DNA of 64,000 nt from Lama glama (taxonomy: Eukaryota), in the NCBI GenBank assembly GCA_028534125.1, contig CM052817.1, positions 10,480,001 through 10,544,000 of the forward strand. Reading direction: 5' to 3'. Each line of letters starts with the position of its first letter. Positions within the stretch are counted from its first letter, which is position 1. Of this stretch, positions 1 through 12,810 are shown piece after piece. The position numbers and the translations under genes were made by a program. Under the pieces are notes generated by a model. The model ran no database searches, had not been told where the DNA came from, and saw nothing but the letters and a program-made list of their open reading frames with translations.

Positions 1-134
1 AACGTTACTGTGTAAGCAATTTAAATACTTATGATTTACAGGATCCGTACAACGTGCAGGGAATTGCACCGAGGATGTATCTCATGTGCTGCATACAAAG
101 ATCACCTGGCGGGGGGCATTGTCTCTAGTTTAAA

Positions 135-254
135 GGTAGGAAACAAGGCTCAGAAAGGCTATGTAGCATGCCCCGTGACACACAGCAAGTAAGCTTAGAA
201 GCATGGATTTGAATCCTGGTCTCTCCTTCTCCAAAAGCCATGCTGTTGAACACT
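135..254 (-). mobile_element. MIR SINE fragment
   Basis: ggaaacaaggctcagaaagg...cacacagcaagtaag...ggatttgaatcctggtct...aaagccatgctgttgaacact matches the reverse complement of the MIR core and 5' end. Confidence 0.8.
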
Positions 255-509
255 TAACCTTTCTCCACTTTTTCAACAAGTGGCAGAAGATACAGAATTG
301 CATATGAAAACAAAAACAAGACAAAACAAGTAAAAACAAAAACAAAGACCCTCATATAATCCAACAGGTCTGCAATCTCCTATCTTACTCGTCAATGGTC
401 CCTGACTATTACACAACCAACAAAGAGCAGAAACATCCTCACACAATTCAACTAAATAGTAAACTTGGGAACTTACCATTAAGATGAAAAGTCACAAGAA
501 CACAGAACT

Positions 510-966
510 TGGGTGAGCAGAATTCTCAGATTCTGGCTCCTGGTTATTCGATATAATCCTAATCTAGGTGCTGCTGCAAAGAAATTTTGCAGATAAAAGG
601 ATGAAGTTTCCAATTAATCAGCCTGAGATATGGAGAGTGTCCAGGTGGGCTTGACCCAATCACATGAGCCCTTTAGAAGCAGAAAATCTTCTCTGGCTGC
701 TCATGGGAGAGGGAGAAGCTGAGAGCTGTTCTTGGCCAGCAGTGAGCAAGAAAATGGAGATCTTAGTCCTCGAACTACAAGAAACCGAATTCTTCTAACA
801 ACGTGAAAGAGCTTGGAGCCTAACCCAGCTGATACCTTGACTCAGGCCTTGTGAAACCCTAAGCTGAGCCCATCTGGATGTCTGACTCATGAAACCAAGA
901 CACAATTTGTGAGTGTTATATTAAACCATTGTTGTAATTTGTTACACAGCAACAAAAACAAATATA
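510..966 (+). mobile_element. MaLR solo LTR, MLT1E/MLT1D-like
   Basis: gcagaattct start, ccaggtgggcttgacccaatcacatgagccctt, and a typical MLT1 end gtaatttgttacacagcaacaaaaacaaatata. Homologous to the copy at 60172-60789. Confidence 0.75.
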
Positions 967-2892
967 AAAATTTCACTGTAATAATGTGAATTATTGAAGT
1001 GGACTCTACTCTTCATGTTAATAAAAGGTATACATCCCAGATCTGCAGACTTGAGAACTGGGGAAATTTATTCTACTTTTAATGGAAATAAGTTTCATGA
1101 TCCAGAGACAGTAGACAGATGCCTATTTATAAATGAAGATTTACAGTCATATGCAGACTGATTGGTTTTCCAGGCCAGCGTGTTATCTTTTAAAAAAAGT
1201 TTCAATGTCATTTTGAACATTGCTCATCAACATGTTTATTTTATAGAGAAGGAGAGAAGACAAATGTGTAAGATAGTTGATGGGATTTTAGTCTCAAATA
1301 GGTAAAAATTGCATGTTCTCACATTGTAATGTTTTTAATCTGTCAGGGAAAAGGAAAAGACTTAGAAATAAGTCAAAAAGTAACTAGACAAATGAAAAAT
1401 CCCAGCTGAGGTTCTGCCAGCCCTGAAAAGCAGATTATTTCATCTCTCGGAGGATGGGAATAAGAGATGGGGAACTGAGTACAACAATGTCTGCAGAAAT
1501 AAGAGGGGAAGGGCGGAGCTCTGCCAGCTGGCTCCTCCTTCACTGACCAATAGAAGCTCTGCCTCCTCACTGACCACTGAGCCTCATCCCAAGATGGCAG
1601 GTGCTCAGGACAACCCGTGTCATTTTGTAAAGCACTTAGAATAATGATGACTATTAGTAGATATTCAATAAGTGTGCATTCTTGCCCCTCCAAACTACCC
1701 ACCAGTGAACCAACTGGAGGTGCTACTTCCCCACTCCTGATGTTTCTTTCCTGCCACAGCAACTCAATGAAACCCCTGGGCATGCTCAGTTTACCTCCTC
1801 CCTTCCTCCTTCAAGATGTCAGCTGCCCACTCAGCTTCTGTAGGAGGAGGCTTGCTGAAATCTGGCTTTGCTGCACCCAGCTCTGGGGCTCAGAATGAGC
1901 AGCTTGCTGGGAAAACATACCTCATGCTAAGTTCTCCAATCTGATGTCTCAACTGGAAAGGTGATATTTCATCCTAATCCTAAATGCTCTATTTTATTTC
2001 TCCACTTGTTTGGAACCAAGATGGGAAATGGGGTACTTGTTATTGGGATTTCTATTCTGAAGTCCCAAAACATCTCCCCAACATTATAACTCATCTCTGT
2101 TTTATTTTGAGGTACATGACTGAGCAACTAAATGCAGACTCTGTGATTCTAGGCCATATTCCTTTAGTGGATGCCCCTTCTTATTTACAAATCTCTCTAA
2201 TAAATTACATTAAGCAGGTTTTTTTGCCTGCCTGACAAGCTCACCCAACCTGGAATCTCTCTATCCCAGAGATGAATGAGAAGGAAACTTAAATAAATGT
2301 TTACAGGGTTCAGAAGATAATAATATGTCACTTTAAATAACCCATTACAGAACCAACAACATATTTATCTCCAAATATATTTCTGCTTTGGAAAATTCCA
2401 CTTGGAGATAACTGTACAGCTGGAAGATGTCACATAGGCCTACTTCCTGCCTTAATACTAATATTATGTTTTCCCCATCCCCAAGAGCTAATATAGTTTC
2501 AAGTATAAACTAACATGGACTAAAATGGTATACCATGGTGATGTTAAAAACAAACAAACAAAAAAACTCAAGCTGAATTTGTTGGGAACTGTGACACGAG
2601 CACTAGATCTGGTTCTGCTACTGATGAGCAGTGGGACCCTAAATGAATGGCTTGATGTCATTACAAACTTCAGTTAACTAATCTGCAAAAGGAGTTATTT
2701 GGACTATAATCTCCAAAATTCCTTCCAGCTCTAAAGTCGTGTCCTTCTAAGGGCCCGTTAACAAAGAACACAGGGGTAGAATTAATCAGAAAGGCGAGAA
2801 GTGTCCCTCCCGAAGAAGAGGAGAACCACTACTATCAGAAATTGCTCACGTCGGGGACATGCCGTGGTAGAAAAGAGTGGGTTATGGATGAG

Positions 2893-3293
2893 TGTATTAG
2901 TCCGTGTTAGCTGCTGTAATAGATAAAACCCCCAAATTTCAGTGGTTTAGCTCAACAGAAATTTGTTTCTTGTTCACTGAATTTCTGATGGGCAGGTTCA
3001 GCAGGGACTTGAGGACCCCAGCTCCAGTCCTGTGGCCCCATCACCCTCAGGGCCACTAGTCCTTCACTTCCACCCCATACCAAAAGAGTGAAGAAAGCAC
3101 GCTGGCTTCTTAACCACTCAACTCGACATCTCTCACATTCTATCGGCAGTAATGGGTCATCATAAGACCATGCCTAGATATGAAAGAACAAGGAAGCTGT
3201 AAGTTCTTGGTGGGGCATCCACTTAGCAGCAATAACGTTCTTCTATGGGAAATGAGAATCGATCTTTGGAGAACAATTGCCCCACCTTTCACA
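2893..3293 (-). mobile_element. Old MaLR LTR (MLT1J/K/L-like)
   Basis: tgtattagtc...ttagctgctgtaat...cccaaatttcagtggtttagctcaacagaaatttgtttcttgttca is the reverse-complemented MLT1 3' end. Also ctcacattctatcggcag. Confidence 0.6.
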
Positions 3294-3969
3294 GTTAATG
3301 TGATGTGCTCTTCACAGACATAAATGTTGTATTTTCTATGGCAACCTCCCCATTAGCAAATGATTTTTGCTTTATCTGGCTTTAATTATGTGACACAAGT
3401 GTGCCAAATAAAACAGCACTATTCATGACTAAAATCAAGCTAAACTCAGCTGAAATTTAGCGATGAAATTGCTCTGTGTACCTTTTTGTTTTCAATGCAT
3501 GCAAGCAGAAATCCAAGCCAGATGACTAAGAAGAGAAAATGTGACTGTAGTTATTTCTGTGCAACTGTAATAAGAATGACGCATGAAGAATGGCTGGATT
3601 CAGGTAGAATTCAACTCATCAAGAATGTTTGACAAAATATGTATATATTCCTTGATTGCCCATTCATCATATTTTGGCTTATTGAGCTGCTGACAGCATT
3701 ATATTTCTTATTTTATGGGGAAAAAACCAGCTCTTTGAAAAACTGTCATGTTATTATCTGAGGTAGCTGAACCTTGTTTTAAATTTGCTCTCTAAGGCAA
3801 AGAAAAGTGTAAACTGAGTAAATGCAGGCTTGCACTCAGGAGAAACATTTGGACCTTTGGATTTTGGATTTGGTAACATCTCCACCACACATTATCATCT
3901 ATCATAGGAAAAAAACTTATTAAAAATATAATTTCTGACCTGTAGGCCAACAATGTGTATTAACTCTAG

Positions 3970-4195
3970 CAAAGGCTGGGAAACTTTTTCTATAAAGGAC
4001 CAAGCAGTAAATATTTTAGGTCTTATGGGCCATGTAGTTTCTGTCCCAACTCAACTTTGCCTTTATAGCAGGAAAGCAGAAACCAGACATAGTTATGTAA
4101 ATAAATGGACATAACTGTGTTCCAATAAAACTTTATTTACAAAAGCTGGATGGCAAACTGGATCTGACCTCCAGGCTATAGTTTACTGATCCCTA
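3970..4195 (+). mobile_element. MER58A-like hAT-Charlie MITE
   Basis: caaaggctgggaaactttttctataaaggacca...gtaaatattttagg...ctgtgttccaataaaactttatttacaaaa...ctatagtttactgatcccta, with degenerate terminal inverted repeats. Confidence 0.85.
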
Positions 4196-4332
4196 AACTA
4201 GACACAAGATGGCAGAAAACAAAATGGAAAACTTCCCTGCCCGAAGTTAGGATAGGGCCTCAGTTTTCCTCTTCTGTTTTGGAGTTAGATCTTCCAGGTT
4301 TGTTTGGAACTTCCTGTATAAAATAGATGCTT

Positions 4333-4825
4333 GTCCAACAACAGATGAATGGATAAAGATATGATTTTACACACACACACACACACACACACAATGGAAT
4401 ATTACTCAGTTACAAAAAAGAATGAAATTTTGCCATTTGCAGCAACATGGATGAGCTTGGAAGACATTATGCTAAGTGAAATGAGTGAAACAGAGAAAGA
4501 CAAATACTGTATGATAACACTTATATGTGGAACCTAAAAGATACAACAAACCAGTGATTATAACACAAAAGAAGTAGACTCACAGATATAGAAAACAAAC
4601 TAGTGGTTACCAGTGGGAAGAGGGGAGGGGGGAGGGGCAACATAGGATAGAAGAGTAAGAGATATAAGCTTTTAGGTATAAAATAAAATGTACAACAAGG
4701 GAATATAGTGAATATTTTATAATAACTATAAACAGTATAACCTTTAAAAATTGTGAATCACTATATTGTATATATGTAACATATAATATTGTACAGCAAC
4801 TATACGTTAATTAAAAAATAAAATA
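4333..4825 (+). mobile_element. 5'-truncated LINE-1 (ORF2 C-terminal end plus 3' UTR) with internal (CA)n
   Basis: The translation MEYYS..KKNEILPFAATWMSLEDIMLSE is the L1 ORF2 C-terminus. It is followed by a G-rich tract at about 4614-4638 and an A-rich tail. Same subfamily as 34209-34660. Confidence 0.92.
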
Positions 4826-7409
4826 GTAGATAATGTTTCTATAGCAAACAGGTGAAGAAGGGGAATGATATTTACCAGCTGCTAATGAACAAAGTTTGAG
4901 ACCCAGAAGATCAAATTCTAATTTGGTTCTGTCAGTACGGAGGGTGTGATCTCTCTTGCCTCATTTAACTTCAATAGGCCTTTGTTTCTGCTTGCCTGAA
5001 ATGAGGGAGTTGGGTGAGATTACCTCAAATATCCTTTACATCCCTCAAGTTCTTTTGAGGCTAGAAAGCTAACTGTGCTGGAGAAAACTTTAGACTTGGA
5101 CCCAGAGGGAACATGCTAAGTATGCCATCTTGAATGAGTTAAACTCTCTAAGCAACAATTTCCTTAACTGTTCAATGAACCTACCACGCCCTACCTGGAG
5201 GGATTAAGTGAAATAATGTTTGTGAAAGTAAGTGGCAGGGGCCACAAACAGATCTGATGTTCTCCTGTGAGTCAAATCCAAATGTGGATTCCATGACTAA
5301 CTTAAGGAATCTTTCTTCACTTCAGTTAATACCACTACCATCAGAGTTGTCCCTATCATCTCAGAATCAGGAAGCAGTCTCTAGCAAGTGATCATCAAAG
5401 CCAAGTAAAAGTAAATCAAAAAAACGTAAATGTGGCAGATCAAGGCTAATCACAAGGTCTCAAGGATGTAGTTCCCAGGGGCAGAAAGTTCTATCCAAGG
5501 AGTGACCATGAATGGGGATTCCCCCTACCCCTTCACTGATGCTCATAGTCCAACTCTTCCCTTCCTGGTGACTGTTCCTTTATCGCAGCCTAAGCCAAAA
5601 ACCCACATTCTAAGAGAGGGCTGCAGAAGTCACAATGAGGATGGAAGGTTATCACCTCCAACATTCCAGCTACCATGCTGGCATCTGAGGACATTTCCTC
5701 TTGCGGTAACTTTACAGCCTTGCTCTGCAGTTAGCATTGCAATTCTCCTCCTCACGGATGTGGAGGCTGAGGCTCCACGGGCTTAAATAACTTACCAAAA
5801 ACAAAACATGCAGGGAGGACTGTTTAATTCCACGGGTGGTGCTCTTACGCTTGAGCATGAATCTCAAGAGAAGATAAGAATCTTTGGGGGGATGTGACAA
5901 GCTGAGGCAGGGAATCGGAAATCAAACTTCCTGGTGAACCTGAAAATCAGAGACTGCTCCCCCAAACCACGGGGTTCTCAGATGGGGAGACCGTCAGAAT
6001 CTAAGTCAGAAGTACCGGATTGTTCTTGACATTGGAATAGAGCCTTGCACGTTGCAGGCGAACTCAACATGTTTTTGAATGAATGAATGAATCAGTGAAG
6101 GATTGATTTATATTTAGGTTGCCAGTACCCTACTGAGGCATGGATACAATTATTAGTCTTCTGACTTTTTTGTTTTTGTTTTTAGTGCATGTCCTAGCTC
6201 TTGCTACAAATCACATTTTTTCTGTCTTTGTTCATCCAACTCTCACCCTTTGAAAGCCTGATCTCCTATTTTCTTTGGCCTCAAACTCTTCTTCCCTTGT
6301 TCTGCCTCCTGCTCTCCATCTTCATTCCAAATGCTTTCAGAACAAATTACTTTTTCTCCTTTTTTTCACCAGTAGAATATGGGGTGAGAGGGAGGACTTT
6401 TTGTTTTTATATACATTGAGATCATATGACTTGACTCTATAAACTAAAAAAAAAAAGCACTCATTTGAGTTCATTCATGTTAACACCACATGCTTCTTGT
6501 TAAGCATCCTATTTTCAATCATGGGAATAATAATAATCAGGAAGAGGGTGATTTAAGAAATCCATAAACTAAGCCTGGATTTCTTTAGAAATCAAACAAT
6601 ACCAGACCCTACTGGGAAATCTATCTACCCGTACCAGCTAACGTGCATTTATTTATCCAAAGAATTTTTTCCCCCGGTATTTCTTCTATGCAGGGTGCTG
6701 TGCTAGACCTGGATTAAAAAGGAGCCCAGGGAAAAAGTCATAGTGTGAGAATATGTGACTCAGGAGTTTTTCAGGATCGGGAAGCTGAGCATGGAATTGA
6801 TTTTGTTCATTGTAAACAAAAACGTGGGGATAACTGGTTGACAGGGACCCTTCTCCAATTCAACACGTGTTGCTGGGAAATAGTACTGTGCTTGTTCAGC
6901 ATCTAGTAAGTGTCAGGCGTTGGGCTAGAGTTTTTTATGTTAAATTTTAACCTCAGAACTACTTTCTAAGTCAGGTTTTTAAAAATGAGTCATAAAGACT
7001 CAAGTGAATTATTCCAAGTTACAAGGTGTGGAAATGCAAGAGCAGGGATTTGAACTCCAGTCTGTTGGACCCTGAAGCCCCCTGGCTTCTGCAACCACAC
7101 TGCATACATGCGTGGCCGCCACCCAGCAGGAAAAGAGCAGTTCGCCAGTAGCTGGATGCGGGAACTCGGTAAGAGGACAAAGGAAATGGCCATCACACAA
7201 ATGTCTTGTGAATAAAGTGGGTGTTGGCTTAGAGATCCCTCATCCCACCAGGTTCGGGCACCCCACCTCTGCACCACAGCTGCCTGAGTCTTCCTGCAAC
7301 ACTGAGAAGTCCTGCATCACTGCGGTGCTCGCGGGATCCTGCAGCAGCGAGGAATCACGCAACTGGCCCAAGGGTTAGCACACCGCCTGCCATCCCTGCA
7401 TATTAGTAG

Positions 7410-7665
7410 CAGCAACTCCCACTTACTAAGTGTTTACCACGGACCAGTCTTGGTGAGCTTTGCTAAGCACTTTGCATCCTTGGTTTCATTTCACCTGCCT
7501 AACCCTTGGGAGGAGGTGCTACTATTCTCATTTTTGAATTTATTGTTAATCATGAGGAAACAGTTGCTTACGAGTTTGCTTTTCAAGGCCCACAATCTAA
7601 TTGATAGCAGAACTAGGATTCGAACCTGGCTTTGCCTCCTACCAAAATCTGTGCTCTGAATCTTT
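7410..7665 (-). mobile_element. MIR SINE, near full length
   Basis: acttactaagtgtttaccac...ctaagcactttgca...gaggaaacag...caaggcccacaatctaattgatagcagaactaggattcgaacctgg. Confidence 0.8.
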
Positions 7666-7959
7666 AATCTCTCCATTCATCAAATAATTATGTATACTGA
7701 AACCTGTTAACTCCATGCAATTCACACATCAGCCCAGATGCTCGCAAGTGATATGTGAGAGTTCAAGGAGAAGGACTTGCTGTGGGAAGCGAGCTGGGAT
7801 AGGGTGCAGAACAGAACCCACAGAGAACAGAAAAGGCAGGTGCCACGGATGGTCCAGACAGAACCAGAAGAGGTACCACCAGAATCTGTAAGAAAGGATT
7901 AGAGATAATGCACAGGCTCCTTTTGTGGAATATTATTGTGACTTTCTCTATATACTGCT

Positions 7960-7982
7960 CACACACACACACACACACACAC
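7960..7982. repeat. (CA)n microsatellite
   Basis: Perfect CA run seen directly. Confidence 0.95.
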
Positions 7983-9064
7983 TGCACTGAGATATAGATA
8001 CGATCCCTCTCTGCCAGTCTTTTTGTGTCTATAAAGTTCTAAGGTGGAAGAACCCATTCAGACGTTGATAAGGACACAGACGCGGTGCATGAGCTGGGAC
8101 GGACCAGCCAGCAGGGGCGGGCACGTTTACCACGGCCAGGAAAAGCAAGCATGAACAGCCCACTGGCTTGTTTGATGGGGGCACAACTGAGAGTCCACGT
8201 GGGGCCTTTTCCAAACTGCACAGGTCACTCACTATCGACTTCATCGACCGGAGTCTGGATTATCCTGGTGTGTGGGTGTTTCTTTTGGGAAGAGGAGGAG
8301 AGGCAGACAGAGGATGGAGGCAGTGTAAGGATGACAGGTTAGGAGCTTCTGAGGAATTTAGGAAGAAAGGAGAAACCCTCTCTTCAGGTCCAAAAGAGGA
8401 AATCAAGGAAATTCTCCTCCCTTCTGAGCAGGGGTGAAGAGGTGCCTCCCCGTCACCTGCAGGGAGGCTGGGAAGGCGTCATAACGCGGGTGCCAGTGAG
8501 GAGACCCTGCTCAGACTGAAAGGGACACATGAGAGTTGAAGGCTTAAACTCAGAGAGTGACAGAGGCCCCAGGAGCTGCCGCCACTGCCCACACACTGGA
8601 CGGATATGAAATTACAGGTTCTTGCTTTTCCTTTTATTCCATTTTCTTAAAAAAGCACAGAACAGCACTTTGCTCTGAGGCTATAATTACTGTTACAGCA
8701 TTCGATTATAATATGGGATCTGATAATAATTTTTAAAAATTATAACGTAGCTTCACTTTTCTCAGCATTTTGAATGATTTGTCCAGGGGACGTAGTTCGG
8801 GGCTTTTTCAATTCAGTTGTGTTCAAAACAGAGAATGGGCTGCATTTCAATGAGGTAGTTGCACTATGTAGATTTTCCCACTCCCAGTCCGCAGGCTCAG
8901 CATTAGAACAAAGAGTGTCTCAGAGCCTAAATTCCGTCTCTGCCTTCTGTTCTTGCCCCTGGAAATCCTCTTCTCTTAATATATATGTTCAGGTCTTGAT
9001 ATGTTATTTTCAATATAGTTTTTAAAAATATAGACTAATATATCAGATTTCTAGTTTTGGATTC

Positions 9065-9390
9065 TACGTAAGATAAGGTTCAGTCAAAGAAACAAAAACC
9101 ACTTTAGATATTACAAGCAGCGGGACTGTAACACAGGGCATCGTTTTCACAGAGGGTGGAGGAGCTGCAACCACAAACTGGGGCCAGTGAGCGATCTAGA
9201 AACGACCCACAGCAGGAAGCGCCCATGAGCCGGACAGCCGGTGCTGGAGACAGGAGTTTAGGATCCAAGACCACTTGGTGAGAGCTGGAACCACTCAAGA
9301 GCTGGGATGTGGAGGGAAGGGCTGTCCCAGAAGAGCTGGATCATGGAGGACATTCAGCCTCTGCTGGAAACGGCCTCCACATTGGCCAGA
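9065..9390 (-). mobile_element. Ancient LTR fragment (ERVL/MaLR-type, family uncertain)
   Basis: ggttcagtcaaagaaacaaaaaccactttagatattacaagcag resembles the reverse-complemented 3' end of old mammalian LTRs. Strongly diverged. Confidence 0.35.
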
Positions 9391-11032
9391 AATGGGTTCA
9401 TACATAGAACAGCCTGTGAGCGCCCCCAAGGACAGCGCCAGCGAGGAGTCTTGGTGGTTTCCCAGGCCTTAGATGTAATAGATACAAGTCTGATCGACCT
9501 GGGTTCAAATCCTGGTTCTCCCACTTACAAGATTTCTGACTCTCGTTCTGGAAGATGAAATGAAAAATTGAAACATGACCTGAGCCCGCCTGAGCTCAGG
9601 AAATGAGTAGCTTCCTATTGTCCTGCCGTCTTGCCTGGGTTGCCAATGAGTTACGATGCAGTTGGAGAGCTAATGGCTTCTATTTGTTCATCTCTCTAAA
9701 TCACTTACTGTATACAGTGCGACCTAATGGAATTGACTGTATCTGGTTGGAAAGTTCTAAGAACAGTGAGGCCTTGCAGTTGTAAATATGAGCATCTCTT
9801 TGCAGAGCTCCACCTCCCTTAGCGCCATCCCTAAGGAGAAAATCACAATGAAAGCAGCTTCAGAAGGAGGCTGCACAAAGAGTCAGCCCAAATTGGGTGA
9901 ATCCCACGTGCACTTTATCAACCTCAGCTATCCGATCAAATAAACAAAGATGTTGGGCTAATCTCCACTGGCCAAGTGCTCTTAAAAAGAGAACACGCTG
10001 TCCCCACTCTCTAACTCATGGGGAAATTTATCACAAAGATGTGTGCTATAAACAACACCACACCAGCTACTGCCAAGACGTCCTGGTCAAGTACCAACTC
10101 GTACTTGGAAGATCTATGGTTTTTAACACCTGCTATGATATCGTCTTGGGAGCTGGGATCAGTCCTTTTAAGTGAGGGACTGCTGCTAGGCTCAGGGGAA
10201 AGAAGGCAAACAATTATAAATACTGTCAACTAAGTCTGATTCGAAACTTGAACTTGAGAGTTGACGCAGGAGAAACTTACGAGGGAGAGAGAGAGTTAGA
10301 CTACAGTAACTTAAGTTATATTGGGGTAAACTTCCTAAAACTTTAAATAATAGGATTCTAGAAATGTTCTAAATATAGTTTAAAACCACTCTGTAATTGA
10401 TCAGAAAGGAGCAAGTTGGAGATGGACAGTTTCTCCCAGGTTGCAAAGAAGCCGTCTCAGATTTCCTCCCACGCCCCTGAAAAATAAGCCCCTCCACCAC
10501 TGTTTATTAATCATCTGTTGTATACCAGGCAAATCATTTCCACTGAGGATTTCTAAGTCTCGCTGCATGCCTGCAAGGCATGCATCATTAGATTTACCTA
10601 AATCTTAGAGATGAGGAAACCAAGATGAAAGAAGTTAGGTGGGGCACCCTAGGTCAAGGGAGCAGAAGTGTGATTCCAATCCAGGGCTGCTCGCCTCTAA
10701 GGCTGTAAGGTCTTTCTTCTTTCCGCTAGACCACTCTGTCTCTTCTGTGAGAAACTATTACTCACTCATTTATTCATTAAAAAAATAGTCAATGAAGGCT
10801 AACTGTGTACCTGGAACTGTACTAGGCTCAGAAACTGCAAGAATAAGCACGACGCTGAGCAGCTTTGCAGACGCAGAATATTCACAGTAACCCGAAGTTT
10901 CTCCGTCCTGAAAGGAAACAGGCTATTCTGTAAACAAGGACTGCGTGTGCCATTACAGGCATTTACGTGATGTTACCCATTAGGTAGCAGAGGAGACTTA
11001 TTAACCACAGGATAGAATGAAGGAGATGGAAT

Positions 11033-11675
11033 TGAGACAGGAAGGAAGGGGGCAGGGCACAGCCATTAAAGGAATAACACAGCAATTAGCACCAAGACGG
11101 TGGAAAAGTCAACTCCCAGTAGACCTTGAGGCCCTAGATGGCAGGAGATTTGACTTCCAATGGACCTTGAGCTTCATTATATGCTCATTGTAATATATTA
11201 GCATCATAAATGGCACTCCCCCAGGTGCCGTGATGGTTCTGAGGCTGACCTTGAAAGGTCCAAAAAAGGTTGGTAGCCCAATTCCTGGGAATCCCAGCCC
11301 CTTGGAATAATCCTCCCACTTGTTAGCATATGAAGCTACTGAACCCATAAAACCAACCACTCCCCCACACCTTGTGGTCGCTCTCTCCTCTGAGTGAGAT
11401 AGATCACAATCTGCCTATGGAATGTGTATCTGCTTTTACTATAAACTAAACACCCACCCCAACACCTCATGGCCTCTCCAGCCTTCTGCGATGGCCTACA
11501 CTCAGTTGTCTATGGAGTGTGCACCTCTGAATAAATCTACTTTTATTCAATTATGGCTCACTCTCGAATTCTTTCCTGCACAAAGCCAAGGACCCTCACT
11601 TCAAGGGGCGAGTCCCAGGGACTCGTCCAAGACCCACGATACTGCCGTCTTCTCATGCCCCTTTTGCCTGTATCA
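11033..11675 (+). mobile_element. ERV1 solo LTR, MER41-like
   Basis: Begins TG (tgagacagg) and ends CA (cctgtatca), flanked by a 4-bp TSD GAAT (11029-11032 and 11676-11679). Contains AATAAA and MER41-like motifs gaataatcctcccacttgttagcatat and gaattctttcctgcacaaagccaaggaccctc. Second copy at 35054-35716. Confidence 0.9.
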
Positions 11676-11722
11676 GAATCAGAAGTATAAGAATGAACAC
11701 CGTGGTTCTCACGTCGGAGCTC

Positions 11723-12222
11723 NNNNNNNNNNNNNNNNNNNNNNNNNNNNNNNNNNNNNNNNNNNNNNNNNNNNNNNNNNNNNNNNNNNNNNNNNNNNNN
11801 NNNNNNNNNNNNNNNNNNNNNNNNNNNNNNNNNNNNNNNNNNNNNNNNNNNNNNNNNNNNNNNNNNNNNNNNNNNNNNNNNNNNNNNNNNNNNNNNNNNN
11901 NNNNNNNNNNNNNNNNNNNNNNNNNNNNNNNNNNNNNNNNNNNNNNNNNNNNNNNNNNNNNNNNNNNNNNNNNNNNNNNNNNNNNNNNNNNNNNNNNNNN
12001 NNNNNNNNNNNNNNNNNNNNNNNNNNNNNNNNNNNNNNNNNNNNNNNNNNNNNNNNNNNNNNNNNNNNNNNNNNNNNNNNNNNNNNNNNNNNNNNNNNNN
12101 NNNNNNNNNNNNNNNNNNNNNNNNNNNNNNNNNNNNNNNNNNNNNNNNNNNNNNNNNNNNNNNNNNNNNNNNNNNNNNNNNNNNNNNNNNNNNNNNNNNN
12201 NNNNNNNNNNNNNNNNNNNNNN
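11723..12222. other. Assembly gap (500 N)
   Basis: A run of exactly 500 N. The round size suggests a scaffolding placeholder of unknown true length. Confidence 0.99.
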
Positions 12223-12771
12223 CTTGAGGATTAGGTAATTCTCTGGGCCAGGACCCCTGTAATTCTAGAAGAAAGAGAGCAAATAAAACAAGTTTTGGGG
12301 GCCTTGGCTGGGCTTAGTGGATGGAGACGGGTAGTGAGGACACCACGTCACAGGGCAGGCAGGGAGTGGGTCCCAGAGAAAGAGAATCAAACATCTGTCT
12401 ATTTATGATTCAGGATTTAACTTGAGTCTCACCCATTTGGGGACCTGAGAGACTTTAGAGAGAACAGGCACCTGTCGTGGCCCAAGAAACTTCTGGCGTG
12501 ATTGCACCCTGGCACAATGGGGCACTTACTGCCCCCGGGGATGATTTTTACACTTTCTGTAGCCTGCATCCGTTTGACACTGTGACAAAAGTCTATAGTC
12601 CCTGTCGCTGGAAGAATTCACAGACACACAAATATTCAAACATTTGTATTATGTTTTCAAGGCACTGACAGGCCCAGAAGCCCGCTCTTGGGGCTCCTTG
12701 GACCCTGAGTTATGGATCCATGCTAGAGGAACCTACAAAATAATCAAAGTGCACTACTAGCCACAACTTGT

Positions 12772-12810
12772 AAAATAATAATAATAATAGTAGTAATAAT
12801 AACAATAATA
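12772..12810. repeat. Interrupted (AAT)n/(AGT)n trinucleotide repeat
   Basis: aaataataataataatagtagtaataataacaataata. Confidence 0.9.

Noticed and set aside
9810..9835. CTCF site (tagcgccatccct)
   Set aside because: Only one half matches the CTCF consensus, which is too weak to call.
11422..12238. 270-aa and 181-aa ORFs
   Set aside because: Artefacts of translating through the N gap. The real part lies in an LTR.
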